This document shows positions 1-9,108 of a DNA stretch of 64,000 nt, piece after piece. The position numbers were made by a program, and so were the translations under genes. This DNA is from an uncultured Pseudomonadales bacterium (GTDB taxonomy: Bacteria > Patescibacteriota > Microgenomatia > UBA1400 > PJMF01). The stretch covers positions 10,727 to 74,726 of the forward strand of contig CAYOIJ010000003.1 of assembly GCA_964404025.1 (NCBI GenBank), in the 5' to 3' direction. The notes under the pieces were generated by a model. It had not been told where the DNA came from. It did not search any database and saw only the letters and a list, made by a program, of their open reading frames with translations. The number at the start of each line of letters is the position of its first letter. Positions within the stretch are counted from its first letter, which is position 1.

Positions 1-590
1 TAAAAAATAGAGCGATTCTCTGTTACTACCCCGTCCATTTTTTGATCAAAGCTAGTTACTGGTAATTGGTCAACTAATTGACTTTCAAAAACTAAAGCTA
101 AATTTAATTTTGGTTGATGATCAATAATAAAGCGATCATAAAATCCTGCTCCCCAACCCAGACGATCTCCCTTTTTACTTACTGCCAAGGCAGGCACTAG
201 GTTTAAATCAATCTTCTCGTCCAAAAAATTTTTTATTTTTGGTTGCAAGGTATTAAAGTCACCCACGAATAATTGTGAAAAATCTTCAATGACTGCTGCT
301 CTCATTAAACCCTTTTTAATAATAAAAGGCACTGCTACTGTTTTGCCCATTCTTAATAAGTTCTTAATTAATTGGTGCGTAGTTACTTCGGTATCCCTGG
401 ACACATAACACATAATGATTTTTGCTTGTTGCAAAACAGGTAAAGCTAGAACTTTTTTTTCGATTGTTTGAGACTTAGCTTTTATTTCTTCATCGCTCAG
501 TTGAACACGTTTAAATTTCATTTCATTTCTAAGTGCTTCTTTTTTCTTTATGATTGCCAATGATTTTTTATCTGAAAAATGTTGATTCAT
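1..590 (-). CDS. ygfA: 5-formyltetrahydrofolate cyclo-ligase (3' end runs off the window)
   Basis: Not in ORF track; manual translation from ATG at 590 gives MNQHFSDKKS...KEALRNEMKFKR...IDLNLVPALAVSKKGDRLGWGAGFYDRF...DQKMDGVVTE, with the RLGxGxGxYDR signature; divergent from glyA. Confidence 0.9.
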   Translation of the reverse strand, partial: MNQHFSDKKSLAIIKKKEALRNEMKFKRVQLSDEEIKAKSQTIEKKVLALPVLQQAKIIMCYVSRDTEVTTHQLIKNLLRMGKTVAVPFIIKKGLMRAAVIEDFSQLFVGDFNTLQPKIKNFLDEKIDLNLVPALAVSKKGDRLGWGAGFYDRFIIDHQPKLNLALVFESQLVDQLPVTSFDQKMDGVVTENRSIF

Positions 591-697
591 AGACTTTTTT
601 TAGCCTGCTTGAATTAATAGAGGCTTGACCATATAATAACACTGTTGTCGCAGAGACACCATTTTTAAAATTATTTAATCAAAAAGGATTCATCACT

Positions 698-2041
698 ATG
701 AAGACCTACATTCCCCAATTAAAAAAAACTGACCCAGAAATGGCTGATTTAATTAAAAAGGAGTGTAAGAGGCAGGAGGAAACATTGATGATGATTCCTT
801 CAGAAAATATTGCTTCAGAAGCAGTTCAACAAGCAGTTGGTACTTGCTTGGGAAATAAATACGCTGAGGGCTATCCCAATAAAAGATATTATCAGGGTCA
901 AAAATATGTTGACCTAATCGAAAACTTAACCAAAGAAAGAGCAGTTGAAGCCTTTGGTGTAGTTCATGCTAATGTTCAACCTCTCTCTGGTTCTCCAGCT
1001 AACTTAGCTGTTTATTTGGGACTACTAAAACCTGGAGACACCATTTTGGGTTTAGATCTGTCACACGGTGGACACCTAACTCATGGCTCTAAGGTTTCAA
1101 CTTCTGGCATCTACTACAATTCAGTAGCTTACACTCTGAATAAAGAAGGCAAAATGGATTATGAGGCAATTGAAAAATTAGCCATTAAACATAAGCCTCA
1201 AATTATTGTAGCTGGTATTACTGCTTATCCATTAAAAGTTAACTGGGCTAAATTTGCCAAAGTTGCCGATAAAGTTGGTGCCTATTTGATGGCTGACGTT
1301 GCTCATTTGGCTGGATTGATTGTTTCTGGAGCTTATCCTTCACCCGCGCCACACGTGCATGTGATTACCACCACCACTCATAAAACTCTTCGTGGGCCAA
1401 GAGGCGCCATGATTATGGTTACTAAGAAAGGCATAAAGAAAAATCCTGATTTACCAAAGATTATTGATAGTGCGGTTTTCCCTAGACTACAAGGTGGTCC
1501 TCATATCAATACTATTGCTGGTATTGGCGTTGCCCTAAAAGAGGCCATGTCTCCCCGTTTCAAAAAATATGGAGAACAGGTAATTAAAAATAGCCAAGTT
1601 TTAGCCAAAGAATTAAAAAGCAAGGGATTTCATTTGGTGGCTGGAGGAAGCAATACTCATCTTATCTTAATTGATTTAAAAAATAAGGGAGTAATTGGTA
1701 ATTTAGCGGCAGAAGCATTAGAAGCAGCCAACATCGTACTCAATCGCAACAGTGTGCCTTTCGACACCAATCCACCTTTTTATCCATCTGGCATCAGAAT
1801 GGGTACACCAGGCTTAACTAGCAGAGGAATGAAAGAAGCACAAATGAGCAAAATTGCCAACTGGATTAGTGAAATAATTGAAGACATTGCTAGAATTCAA
1901 AAAGAAGAAAATATTACTTTTGCCCAAGTAAAAAAGAGCTCAGTCCGTAAAAAACTCATTGCCTCTTCCAAAAAAATTAAAGCAGTTCAAAAACAAGTAA
2001 TTCAACTTTGTAAAAAATTTCCTGTCCTGGGCGAATATTAA
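698..2041 (+). CDS. glyA: serine hydroxymethyltransferase
   Basis: NKYAEGYP, GGHLTHG and the TTTTHKTLRGPRG PLP-lysine motif. Confidence 0.97.
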   Translation: MKTYIPQLKKTDPEMADLIKKECKRQEETLMMIPSENIASEAVQQAVGTCLGNKYAEGYPNKRYYQGQKYVDLIENLTKERAVEAFGVVHANVQPLSGSPANLAVYLGLLKPGDTILGLDLSHGGHLTHGSKVSTSGIYYNSVAYTLNKEGKMDYEAIEKLAIKHKPQIIVAGITAYPLKVNWAKFAKVADKVGAYLMADVAHLAGLIVSGAYPSPAPHVHVITTTTHKTLRGPRGAMIMVTKKGIKKNPDLPKIIDSAVFPRLQGGPHINTIAGIGVALKEAMSPRFKKYGEQVIKNSQVLAKELKSKGFHLVAGGSNTHLILIDLKNKGVIGNLAAEALEAANIVLNRNSVPFDTNPPFYPSGIRMGTPGLTSRGMKEAQMSKIANWISEIIEDIARIQKEENITFAQVKKSSVRKKLIASSKKIKAVQKQVIQLCKKFPVLGEY

Positions 2042-2085
2042 ATTAATTAATAATTAAAAACCTCTAATAAATAGAAAGGGTTTTA

Positions 2086-3717
2086 ATGAAATCGGATATT
2101 GAAATTGCTCAAGCAGCTAAACTTAAGCCAATTAAAGAAATTGCAAAATCAATTGCCATTGATGAAAAATATTTAGAATATTATGGCAGTACAAAAGCCA
2201 AAATTAGCTTAGATATTTTAAAAAAAATTGGTCAAAAAAAAGATGGCAAATTAGTCTTAGTTACTGCCATGACTCCCACTCCTGCTGGTGAAGGCAAAAC
2301 TACAACCACTGTAGGTTTGGGGCAAGCATTATGGAGTTTGGGTAAAAAATCAATGATTTGCTTGCGCGAACCTTCTCTTGGTCCAATTTTTGGTATTAAG
2401 GGTGGAGCAGCTGGTGGAGGTCATGCTCAAGTTTTACCCATGGAAGACATTAATCTTCATTTTACTGGTGATCTACATGCTGTCGGTGCAGCTAATAACT
2501 TATTAGCTGCTTTAATTGACAACCATATTCATCACGGCAATAGTCTCGAAATTGATCCACGCAAAATTACTTGGAGGCGCTGTGTCGACATGAGCGATCG
2601 TAGTCTGAGATCAATTGTGATAGCTTTGGGTTCAGCTAATGGCTTAGTTAGAGAAGACGGTTATGATATCACTGTTGCTTCAGAAGTAATGGCTGTTCTT
2701 TGTTTAGCAAAAGACATTAAAGATTTAAAAAAGCGTCTAGAAAAGATGGTTGTTGCCACTAATACTAAAGGTGAACCAATAACTGCCAAAGATTTAAAAG
2801 CTGCCGGAGCAATGACAGTTTTACTCAAGGATGCAATTAAACCCAACCTTGTACAAACTTTAGAGGGATCACCAGCTTTTATTCATGGCGGCCCATTTGC
2901 TAATATTGCTCATGGCTGCAACTCTTTAATTGCTACTAAAACAGCTCTAAAATTAGCGGATATCGTAGTCACTGAGGCTGGCTTCGGTGCTGACTTAGGT
3001 GTTGAAAAATTCCTAGACATTAAATGTCGGATTGGTAAACTCAAACCAAATGCCGTAGTTTTAGTTAGCACTATTCGAGCACTAAAACATCATGGTCAAG
3101 GCGAATTGAAACCTGGCCTAGCTAACCTCGGCAAACACATTGAAAACATCAAAAAATTTGGTTTACCACTAGTAGTAGCTGTTAATAAGTTTAGTACTGA
3201 TACCCCACAGGAAATTAAACTAATTAAACAATATTGTGAAGAACGCGGTACCAAGGCCATTATGTCTGATGTCTGGGCTAAGGGTGCAAAGGGTGGTCAA
3301 GATTTAGCCAAAGAAGTTTTACAGCTAGTTCAACATAAAAATAACTTTAGTTATATCTATAATCCCAAAAAAGGCCTTAAAAACTCAGTGGAAGAAATAG
3401 TGAAAAAAGTTTATGGAGGAGATGGAGTAATTTGGAGTGCTGCTGCTCGCAGAGCAATAAGAAGATTTGAAAAATGGAATATCACTGATTTGCCAATTTG
3501 TATGGCCAAGACTCAGTCTTCAATTTCAGATAATCCTAAATTGCTAGGTAGACCAGAAAACTTTAAAATCAAAGTGAGGCAAATTCGTCTCAGCGCTGGT
3601 GCTGGTTTCTTTGTAGTAATTGCTGGCAGCATTATGACTATGCCAGGCTTACCTAAACAACCTGCCTCAGACAATATCGATATTAATGATCAAGACCTTA
3701 TCGTGGGTTTGTTTTAG
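2086..3717 (+). CDS. fhs: formate--tetrahydrofolate ligase
   Basis: [33 protein letters not shown] and IMTMPGLP signatures. Confidence 0.97.
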   Translation: MKSDIEIAQAAKLKPIKEIAKSIAIDEKYLEYYGSTKAKISLDILKKIGQKKDGKLVLVTAMTPTPAGEGKTTTTVGLGQALWSLGKKSMICLREPSLGPIFGIKGGAAGGGHAQVLPMEDINLHFTGDLHAVGAANNLLAALIDNHIHHGNSLEIDPRKITWRRCVDMSDRSLRSIVIALGSANGLVREDGYDITVASEVMAVLCLAKDIKDLKKRLEKMVVATNTKGEPITAKDLKAAGAMTVLLKDAIKPNLVQTLEGSPAFIHGGPFANIAHGCNSLIATKTALKLADIVVTEAGFGADLGVEKFLDIKCRIGKLKPNAVVLVSTIRALKHHGQGELKPGLANLGKHIENIKKFGLPLVVAVNKFSTDTPQEIKLIKQYCEERGTKAIMSDVWAKGAKGGQDLAKEVLQLVQHKNNFSYIYNPKKGLKNSVEEIVKKVYGGDGVIWSAAARRAIRRFEKWNITDLPICMAKTQSSISDNPKLLGRPENFKIKVRQIRLSAGAGFFVVIAGSIMTMPGLPKQPASDNIDINDQDLIVGLF

Positions 3718-3802
3718 TTAGTTGGCTGCTACAAATAAACTAAAAAATTATTAGTTATTTTAAAACTTCTCAATTAAAATAAGAGAAGTCTGGAGTAAAC
3801 TT

Positions 3803-4660
3803 ATGGCTCAGTTAATTGATAGTCGTGCCCTATCAAAAAAAATCCAAAATAAAATTAAAAAAGAAGTAGCTGCCTTAAATTTTAAACCAGGCTTAGCAGT
3901 GCTTTTAGTTGGCAGCGATCCAGCTTCCCAGGTTTATGTAAACAGCAAAGAAAAAGCTTGTAAAAAAGTTGGTTTCTATAGTGAAAAAATTATTTTAGAT
4001 AAAAATATAACACAGGATAAATTGTTAGTTGAAATTAAAAAGCTAAACAATAATCCAAAAATCCACGCTATTTTAGTTCAATTGCCACTACCCAAGCATT
4101 TAGACGAAAAAATCATAATTGATAATATTGACCCGCACAAAGATGTTGATGTTTTTCATCCCTATAATGTTGGTGAACTCTGCTTACAAAAACGCTTACC
4201 CAAACTCAACGACTTACTAGCTCCCTGCACTCCCAAAGGGATCATGAGAATGTTAGAAGAATATAAAATTGATTTAGAAGGTAAAAAAGCGGTGATCATT
4301 GGTCGCAGTAACCTTGTTGGTAAACCTATTGCGCTTATGCTCTTGGCTAGCAACGCCACAGTAGAGATTTGTCATTCCAAAACAAAGAATTTGACTGAAA
4401 CTAGTGCCCAAGCCGATATTGTTATTGCTGCCTTAGGCCAAGCTAATTTTCTTAAGAAAAACATGGTTAAAAAAGGAGCCATAGTGATTGATGTTGGCAT
4501 CAATCGTACTGATCAAGGCTTAACTGGTGATGTTGATTTTACTGAAGTTGAAAAAATTGCCAAATATATCACTCCAGTTCCTGGAGGAGTAGGGCCAATG
4601 ACTATTGCTTGTCTGTTAGAAAACACCCTTTTGCTGGCCAAAAAATACCGCAAGAAATAA
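3803..4660 (+). CDS. folD: bifunctional methylene-THF dehydrogenase/cyclohydrolase
   Basis: YVNSK, LVQLPLP, PCTPKG, GRSNLVGKP, DVGINR and TPVPGGVGPMT motifs. Confidence 0.97.
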   Translation: MAQLIDSRALSKKIQNKIKKEVAALNFKPGLAVLLVGSDPASQVYVNSKEKACKKVGFYSEKIILDKNITQDKLLVEIKKLNNNPKIHAILVQLPLPKHLDEKIIIDNIDPHKDVDVFHPYNVGELCLQKRLPKLNDLLAPCTPKGIMRMLEEYKIDLEGKKAVIIGRSNLVGKPIALMLLASNATVEICHSKTKNLTETSAQADIVIAALGQANFLKKNMVKKGAIVIDVGINRTDQGLTGDVDFTEVEKIAKYITPVPGGVGPMTIACLLENTLLLAKKYRKK

Positions 4661-4709
4661 TAACCTGTACAAGCAAATGATTAAGGACTAAACTCGTTAA
4701 GTTAAGAGA

Positions 4710-5267
4710 TTAAGAGAGATTCTCCCTGCCCCATTTTAAAGTTTTAGCCAACCACAATAATTCTTCTAGGGATTTTTCAATTCTTTTTAAATATTTGTCA
4801 TCTATTATTAAATTTCCCTGTTGATCAAAAAGATCTTGAGCATTTGGAAAATTTAAATCTTGCCTGGAAATTATTAGCCCTAATGTTCGTAACACCGGTA
4901 GTATGGACTCAATCGCCCTCACACCTCCCCAGGGTCCACTAGAAACTCCAGCCAAAGCTACAGGCTTATGAAAATAAGCACTATACTCGCTGTCTAAAAC
5001 TCGTTTAAGAATGGCTGGATAGGAGTGATTATATTCAGGAACTACTATTAAAAGCGCATCCGCTTCTTCAATAATTTTTTTAAAATTATTGTTACTAAGG
5101 CTTGGTTCAAGATCATTTTTGGAAAAATCAAATTCAAGCGGATCGATCATCCTAGGTCTAAAACCAACAAAACTCTCAGCCACCTTATAAATGAGCTCAG
5201 CAATCTTTATAGATTCCCTCTCTCTTCGCTTAGTCCCAACAATAATGGCAATATTTAGCTCCTGCAT
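4710..5267 (-). CDS. NAD(P)H-dependent FMN reductase (flavodoxin-like)
   Basis: GTKRRERES phosphate loop, PEYNHSYPAILK, KPVALAGVSSGPWGG. Confidence 0.88.
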   Translation of the reverse strand: MQELNIAIIVGTKRRERESIKIAELIYKVAESFVGFRPRMIDPLEFDFSKNDLEPSLSNNNFKKIIEEADALLIVVPEYNHSYPAILKRVLDSEYSAYFHKPVALAGVSSGPWGGVRAIESILPVLRTLGLIISRQDLNFPNAQDLFDQQGNLIIDDKYLKRIEKSLEELLWLAKTLKWGRENLS

Positions 5268-5336
5268 ACCTCTTATTATAGTACAATAGTTAAAATCTAA
5301 AATATAAGCAACAAATAATTATATAAACTAAGTTTT

Positions 5337-5411
5337 GCTTCTGTAGTTTAGTGGATAAAACATTGGTTTCCGGAACCAAAAACGAGGGTTCGATTCCCTC
5401 CAGAAGCACCA
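5337..5411 (+). tRNA. tRNA-Arg(CCG)
   Basis: GCTTCTG/CAGAAGC acceptor stem, TTGGT-TTCCGGA-ACCAA anticodon arm, GGTTCGATTCC T-arm, encoded CCA. Confidence 0.95.
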
Positions 5412-5444
5412 AAAGGCACAAACTCTAGTTTTCTGGTGATTTAA

Positions 5445-5453
5445 TGATATAAT
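5445..5453 (+). promoter_or_regulatory. extended -10 promoter (TGaTATAAT) for the RRM gene
   Basis: TGATATAAT ~135 nt upstream of ATG 5590. Confidence 0.5.
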
Positions 5454-5589
5454 ATACTCAGTCTTAGATTGAAAACGTGCCGAGGTCCAATATTATTTCC
5501 TCCATAGTTCAAAACACAAGATGACCCTTAATTATAAGGGTAATTATTATTATTGTTGCAAAAATTTTTGCAACAGAAAAAAGGAAAAC

Positions 5590-5949
5590 ATGTCTGATTA
5601 TAGACAAGAAGAACCAAACAAAAAGAAACTTTTTGTTGGCAATCTACCTTTTAGTACTACTCAAGAGGAACTGCAAGAAGTTTTCTCAAAATTTGGCGAA
5701 ATCGCCAATGTAAACTTGATCACTGATCGTATGTCAGGTCGACCAAAAGGCTTTGCCTTTATCGAAATGAACAGCGAAGAAGAAGCTCAAGCTGCCATTG
5801 ATGGCATGAGTGGTCAAAAGATTGGTGACCGAGAAGTCATCGTTAATTTGGCTAGACCCCGCCAACCCCGTGATAACCAACGTGGTGGTTTCGGTGGTCA
5901 ACGCAACTACGGAGGTAACCGTTCAGGTGGCCGTAGCAACCGTTATTAA
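5590..5949 (+). CDS. RRM-domain RNA-binding protein with Gly/Arg/Asn-rich tail
   Basis: RNP2 LFVGNL and RNP1 KGFAFIEM; start moved to ATG 5590, which follows AAGGA. Confidence 0.93.
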   Translation: MSDYRQEEPNKKKLFVGNLPFSTTQEELQEVFSKFGEIANVNLITDRMSGRPKGFAFIEMNSEEEAQAAIDGMSGQKIGDREVIVNLARPRQPRDNQRGGFGGQRNYGGNRSGGRSNRY

Positions 5950-5975
5950 ATCAAGTAATTGCTTTAAAAACCAAG

Positions 5976-6004
5976 AAAAACCAGCTCAGATGAGCTGGTT
6001 TTTT
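5976..6004 (+). terminator. intrinsic terminator after the RRM gene
   Basis: AAAAACCAGCTC-AGAT-GAGCTGGTTTTTT. Confidence 0.85.
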
Positions 6005-6059
6005 AATATTCAACTTCTATTGTCAAATATTTGTTTAATTTATAGTTAATAATATTTGA

Positions 6060-6818
6060 GTGAACCCATTGCTGGCGCCACTTATCATTAATGAAGTTTT
6101 TCCTAATCCCAGTGCAGGAAGTGAGTGGGTAGAAATACTGCAACTTGGAGAAAGCCCCATTAACTCTACAGATTACAGTAACTTTACTATCAGTGATGAG
6201 GGGCGTGTTATTTATCAATTTAGTGGAGATGAAAATTGGCTAGGAAAACTTTTACTAATTGAATTATCAGGACTTAATAATGGTGGTGATAGTGTTGTTT
6301 TGAAAAATGCAGAGGGCTTAATCATTGACGAAATGACTTATAGTAGCAGCCAGAAAGACATGAGTTGGTTACGAACTGATACTGAAAACCCATCATTTAT
6401 TCTTGGTAAACCCAGTCCCCTGGCCTTAAATATAACTCCCAGTCCAAGCACTAAGCCTACTCTTACCCCAACTAGTGTTCCTTCCATTACTCCTATTAGT
6501 AATCCTAGTCCAATAATTAGTACCGATCAAAATCAAGAAAATGAGCAAAAACTAAAATTAGAGCAAATAAGTAAGCCGCCAGATAAACAACAAGAAACAC
6601 TTAACAATCAAGATATTTCAGAAAAATACTTTGCTAATTATCAAAACTTTAAAAACTTAAACATTAAGTGTCAAAACAGTCAACATTTTTCTAATTCCCG
6701 TCTAGTTTTTTTGGGGCAAAGAATTCTTAAAACAGCCACTGTCAATGCTATAATAGGAAGTTCTTTATTTATTGTCGCTGCAATTCTATTAAGCTATGAG
6801 CAAAAGCCAAATCACTAG
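6060..6818 (+). CDS. lamin-tail-domain protein with Pro/Thr/Ser linker and C-terminal membrane anchor
   Basis: LIINEVFPNP...EWVEI...LNNGGDSVVL LTD pattern; TPSPSTKPTLTP linker; hydrophobic C-terminal segment. Confidence 0.75.
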   Translation: MNPLLAPLIINEVFPNPSAGSEWVEILQLGESPINSTDYSNFTISDEGRVIYQFSGDENWLGKLLLIELSGLNNGGDSVVLKNAEGLIIDEMTYSSSQKDMSWLRTDTENPSFILGKPSPLALNITPSPSTKPTLTPTSVPSITPISNPSPIISTDQNQENEQKLKLEQISKPPDKQQETLNNQDISEKYFANYQNFKNLNIKCQNSQHFSNSRLVFLGQRILKTATVNAIIGSSLFIVAAILLSYEQKPNH

Positions 6819-7197
6819 ACAAAAATCTTGGATTTTTTATATAAAAGTCTACCTACCTAGTGTGCTGTGGGCAATGTTAATTTTCATTTTATCTGATCAA
6901 ACAACATTGCCAGGATTTAAAGTCTCAGTATTAGATTTTATCTTCAAAAAAATAGCTCATATGCTTGTTTATGCTGTGCTCTATTATTTAATTTTCCGTG
7001 CTTACCTTGTTAGTAATCCAGCGCAATCACTAAACAAAAAACATTATTTGTGGCCTTTATTTTTGGCTCTATTTTATGCTATGACTGATGAATTACATCA
7101 ATCCACAGTTAAGGGTCGCTATGCAAGCACTCGTGACTTCGCTTACGATTTCCTAGGAATGGTGTCTGTATTGCTACATCAACAAAAAATGCTTTAA
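6796..7197 (+). CDS. VanZ-family membrane protein
   Basis: KIAHMLVYAVL and YAMTDELHQSTVKGR...D motifs. Confidence 0.88.
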   Translation: MSKSQITRQKSWIFYIKVYLPSVLWAMLIFILSDQTTLPGFKVSVLDFIFKKIAHMLVYAVLYYLIFRAYLVSNPAQSLNKKHYLWPLFLALFYAMTDELHQSTVKGRYASTRDFAYDFLGMVSVLLHQQKML

Positions 7198-7282
7198 TTG
7201 CCACTTGACTTAATAACTCAAACTAGTACACTAATTGATACGTAAAAAGGCAAATTATAAATTAAAAAAGAAAGAGTAAACA

Positions 7283-7558
7283 ATGACCAAGTCTGAACTG
7301 ATTAATATCGTAGCCAAAAAAGCCCATTTAACCAAAAAGGCTGCAAATGAAGCTGTCGAAGCAATTTTTGACGAAATTATTCGTACTTTAAAAAAAGGCG
7401 ACAAAGTTGTCATTTCTGGTTTTGGTACTTTCTATGTTGGCAAGGTAGATGATAAGCACGTTGAACCTTTTGGTGACAAAACTAAACGCCAGCTTGTTAA
7501 AGGTCATCGCGTAGTCAATTTCCGCGTCGGCAAACCTCTTAAAAGAGAAATTTGGTAA
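7283..7558 (+). CDS. hup: HU/IHF-family DNA-binding protein (divergent arm)
   Basis: MTKSELI...LKKGDKVVISGFGTF...F.VGK.LK. Confidence 0.9.
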   Translation: MTKSELINIVAKKAHLTKKAANEAVEAIFDEIIRTLKKGDKVVISGFGTFYVGKVDDKHVEPFGDKTKRQLVKGHRVVNFRVGKPLKREIW

Positions 7559-7575
7559 ATTAGTTTAATATTAAC

Positions 7576-7604
7576 AAAAACCCACTTAATAAGTGGGTTT
7601 TTTT
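7576..7604. terminator. bidirectional intrinsic terminator between convergent hup and rpsI
   Basis: AAAAACCCACTT-AAT-AAGTGGGTTTTTTT. Confidence 0.88.
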
Positions 7605-7641
7605 ATTGTAAAAAAAATATAATTAACAAAAATAAACAAAT

Positions 7642-8151
7642 TTAACGTTTTGGAGATTGACGCTTACGACGAGCTTTTCCACCCATACCAACTTTGCGAG
7701 TTTCTTTCATGCGATCGTCTCTCGTCATTAAGCCAACCGGCTTTAAAAAGGTACGAAATTCAGGATTATATTTGACTAGTGCACCTGATATACCATGAAC
7801 TACCGCGTCTAACTGAGCCCTCTTACCTGAGCCACTAACTTTAACAGAAAAAGAAATTTTACCTTTTGTACCAGTTAAATTAAAAGGCTGCATGTAAATG
7901 GCTGCAGCATTTCTGATACCAGAAAAATAGTCAGCTACTAATTGGTCATTAACTAGCAAATCACCACTGCCTTCATAAATTCTTACTCTAGCACTAGCAG
8001 TTTTGCGACGACCCACGGCTTCAACATACTTGCCACTAGGTATCTTGAAATTTGCAGTAGTTTTGGCTTGAGCTTTTTTAGCCTTAATCTTAGGCTGTTT
8101 TTTAACCACTTTTTTAATTTTGTTGGTTTTTTTATTCATGCGAATTGCCAT
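7642..8151 (-). CDS. rpsI: ribosomal protein uS9 with Lys-rich N-terminal extension
   Basis: GRRKTASARV, GKARRKRQSPKR. Confidence 0.96.
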   Translation of the reverse strand: MAIRMNKKTNKIKKVVKKQPKIKAKKAQAKTTANFKIPSGKYVEAVGRRKTASARVRIYEGSGDLLVNDQLVADYFSGIRNAAAIYMQPFNLTGTKGKISFSVKVSGSGKRAQLDAVVHGISGALVKYNPEFRTFLKPVGLMTRDDRMKETRKVGMGGKARRKRQSPKR

Positions 8152-8152
8152 A

Positions 8153-8581
8153 CTATTTTGCCTTTATTTGACTCTGATATGAGTGCTTATTGCCCACAAC
8201 AATTTTTAATCTTGCTAAACGCTGATCACGTAGACGATTTTTGGGAAGCATGTTTTTCACAGCTAATTCAATCACTTTAGTAGGATTTTTTTCTATCATT
8301 TCAGCAAATGTTCGCTGTCTAATACCTCCTGGAAAACCAGTGTGCCAATAATAAGTCTTCGTATTAGCCTTGTTTCTAGTAACTTCTACTTTCTCCGCAT
8401 TAATTACCACTACATAGTCACCACCATCATTGTGAGGGGTGTATGTCACTTTGTGTTTACCAATCAATTTTTCAGCAATTTCTGTGGCTAAACGACCTAA
8501 AACTTGGCCCTCAGCATCGTATTCAAACCATTGGCGCTTAATTTCTTCTTTTTTTTGAATAAAAGTTTTATTGTTTGACAT
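8153..8581 (-). CDS. rplM: ribosomal protein uL13
   Basis: DAEGQVLGRLA, GDYVVVINAEKV, NMLPKNRL. Confidence 0.97.
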   Translation of the reverse strand: MSNNKTFIQKKEEIKRQWFEYDAEGQVLGRLATEIAEKLIGKHKVTYTPHNDGGDYVVVINAEKVEVTRNKANTKTYYWHTGFPGGIRQRTFAEMIEKNPTKVIELAVKNMLPKNRLRDQRLARLKIVVGNKHSYQSQIKAK

Positions 8582-8583
8582 GA

Positions 8584-9099
8584 TTAATTCTCATCCTCTT
8601 TTTTCTTAGCAACACTTTTGCTTGTCTTCTTTTGGGCTGCTTTTTTTGTGCTAGCCTTTTTCTTAACTGATGTTTTTTTGCTAGTTTTTGCTTTTTCTTT
8701 TTCAACTTTTTTTGTATCGTTTTTCAAACCTTGCCATTTCTTTTCATCAACCAATAAACTTAAGCGAAAAACTGGCATATTATCTCCGCGACGATTACTT
8801 AACTTTTCTAAACTACAAAAACCACTTTTTTTATCTCCTAGTGCTGGCACCACTTGATCAAAAAGAGTGTTAACCACATCTTTCTTACCAAAAAATTTAT
8901 GAACTTCTCGACGACTTACTATATCTCCTTTTTGAGCACGACTAATAAGTTTATCTGCTAAACGACGTAACTCTTTCGCTCGACCCTCACTGGTTTCTAT
9001 TTGTCCATGTTCGATCAAGCCACGCAAAGAATTACGAAAGAGTGCTTTTCGACTCTGGGTATCACGATTAAAATGTTTAGCTTTTATACGATGTTTCAT
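8584..9099 (-). CDS. rplQ: ribosomal protein bL17 with Lys-rich C-terminal tail
   Basis: MKHR...RKALFRN...IETSEGRAKELR...RRGDN. Confidence 0.95.
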   Translation of the reverse strand: MKHRIKAKHFNRDTQSRKALFRNSLRGLIEHGQIETSEGRAKELRRLADKLISRAQKGDIVSRREVHKFFGKKDVVNTLFDQVVPALGDKKSGFCSLEKLSNRRGDNMPVFRLSLLVDEKKWQGLKNDTKKVEKEKAKTSKKTSVKKKASTKKAAQKKTSKSVAKKKEDEN

Positions 9100-9108
9100 G
9101 TTTAGTTC

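Noticed and set aside
591-697. Possible ZTP or THF riboswitch upstream of glyA-fhs-folD
   Set aside because: The spacer is short and AT-rich, with no recognisable conserved core, pseudoknot complement or terminator
5521-5589. N-terminal extension of the RRM ORF (MTLNYKGNYYYCCK...)
   Set aside because: It runs through UTR hairpins; ATG 5590 has an SD and gives a normal RRM start
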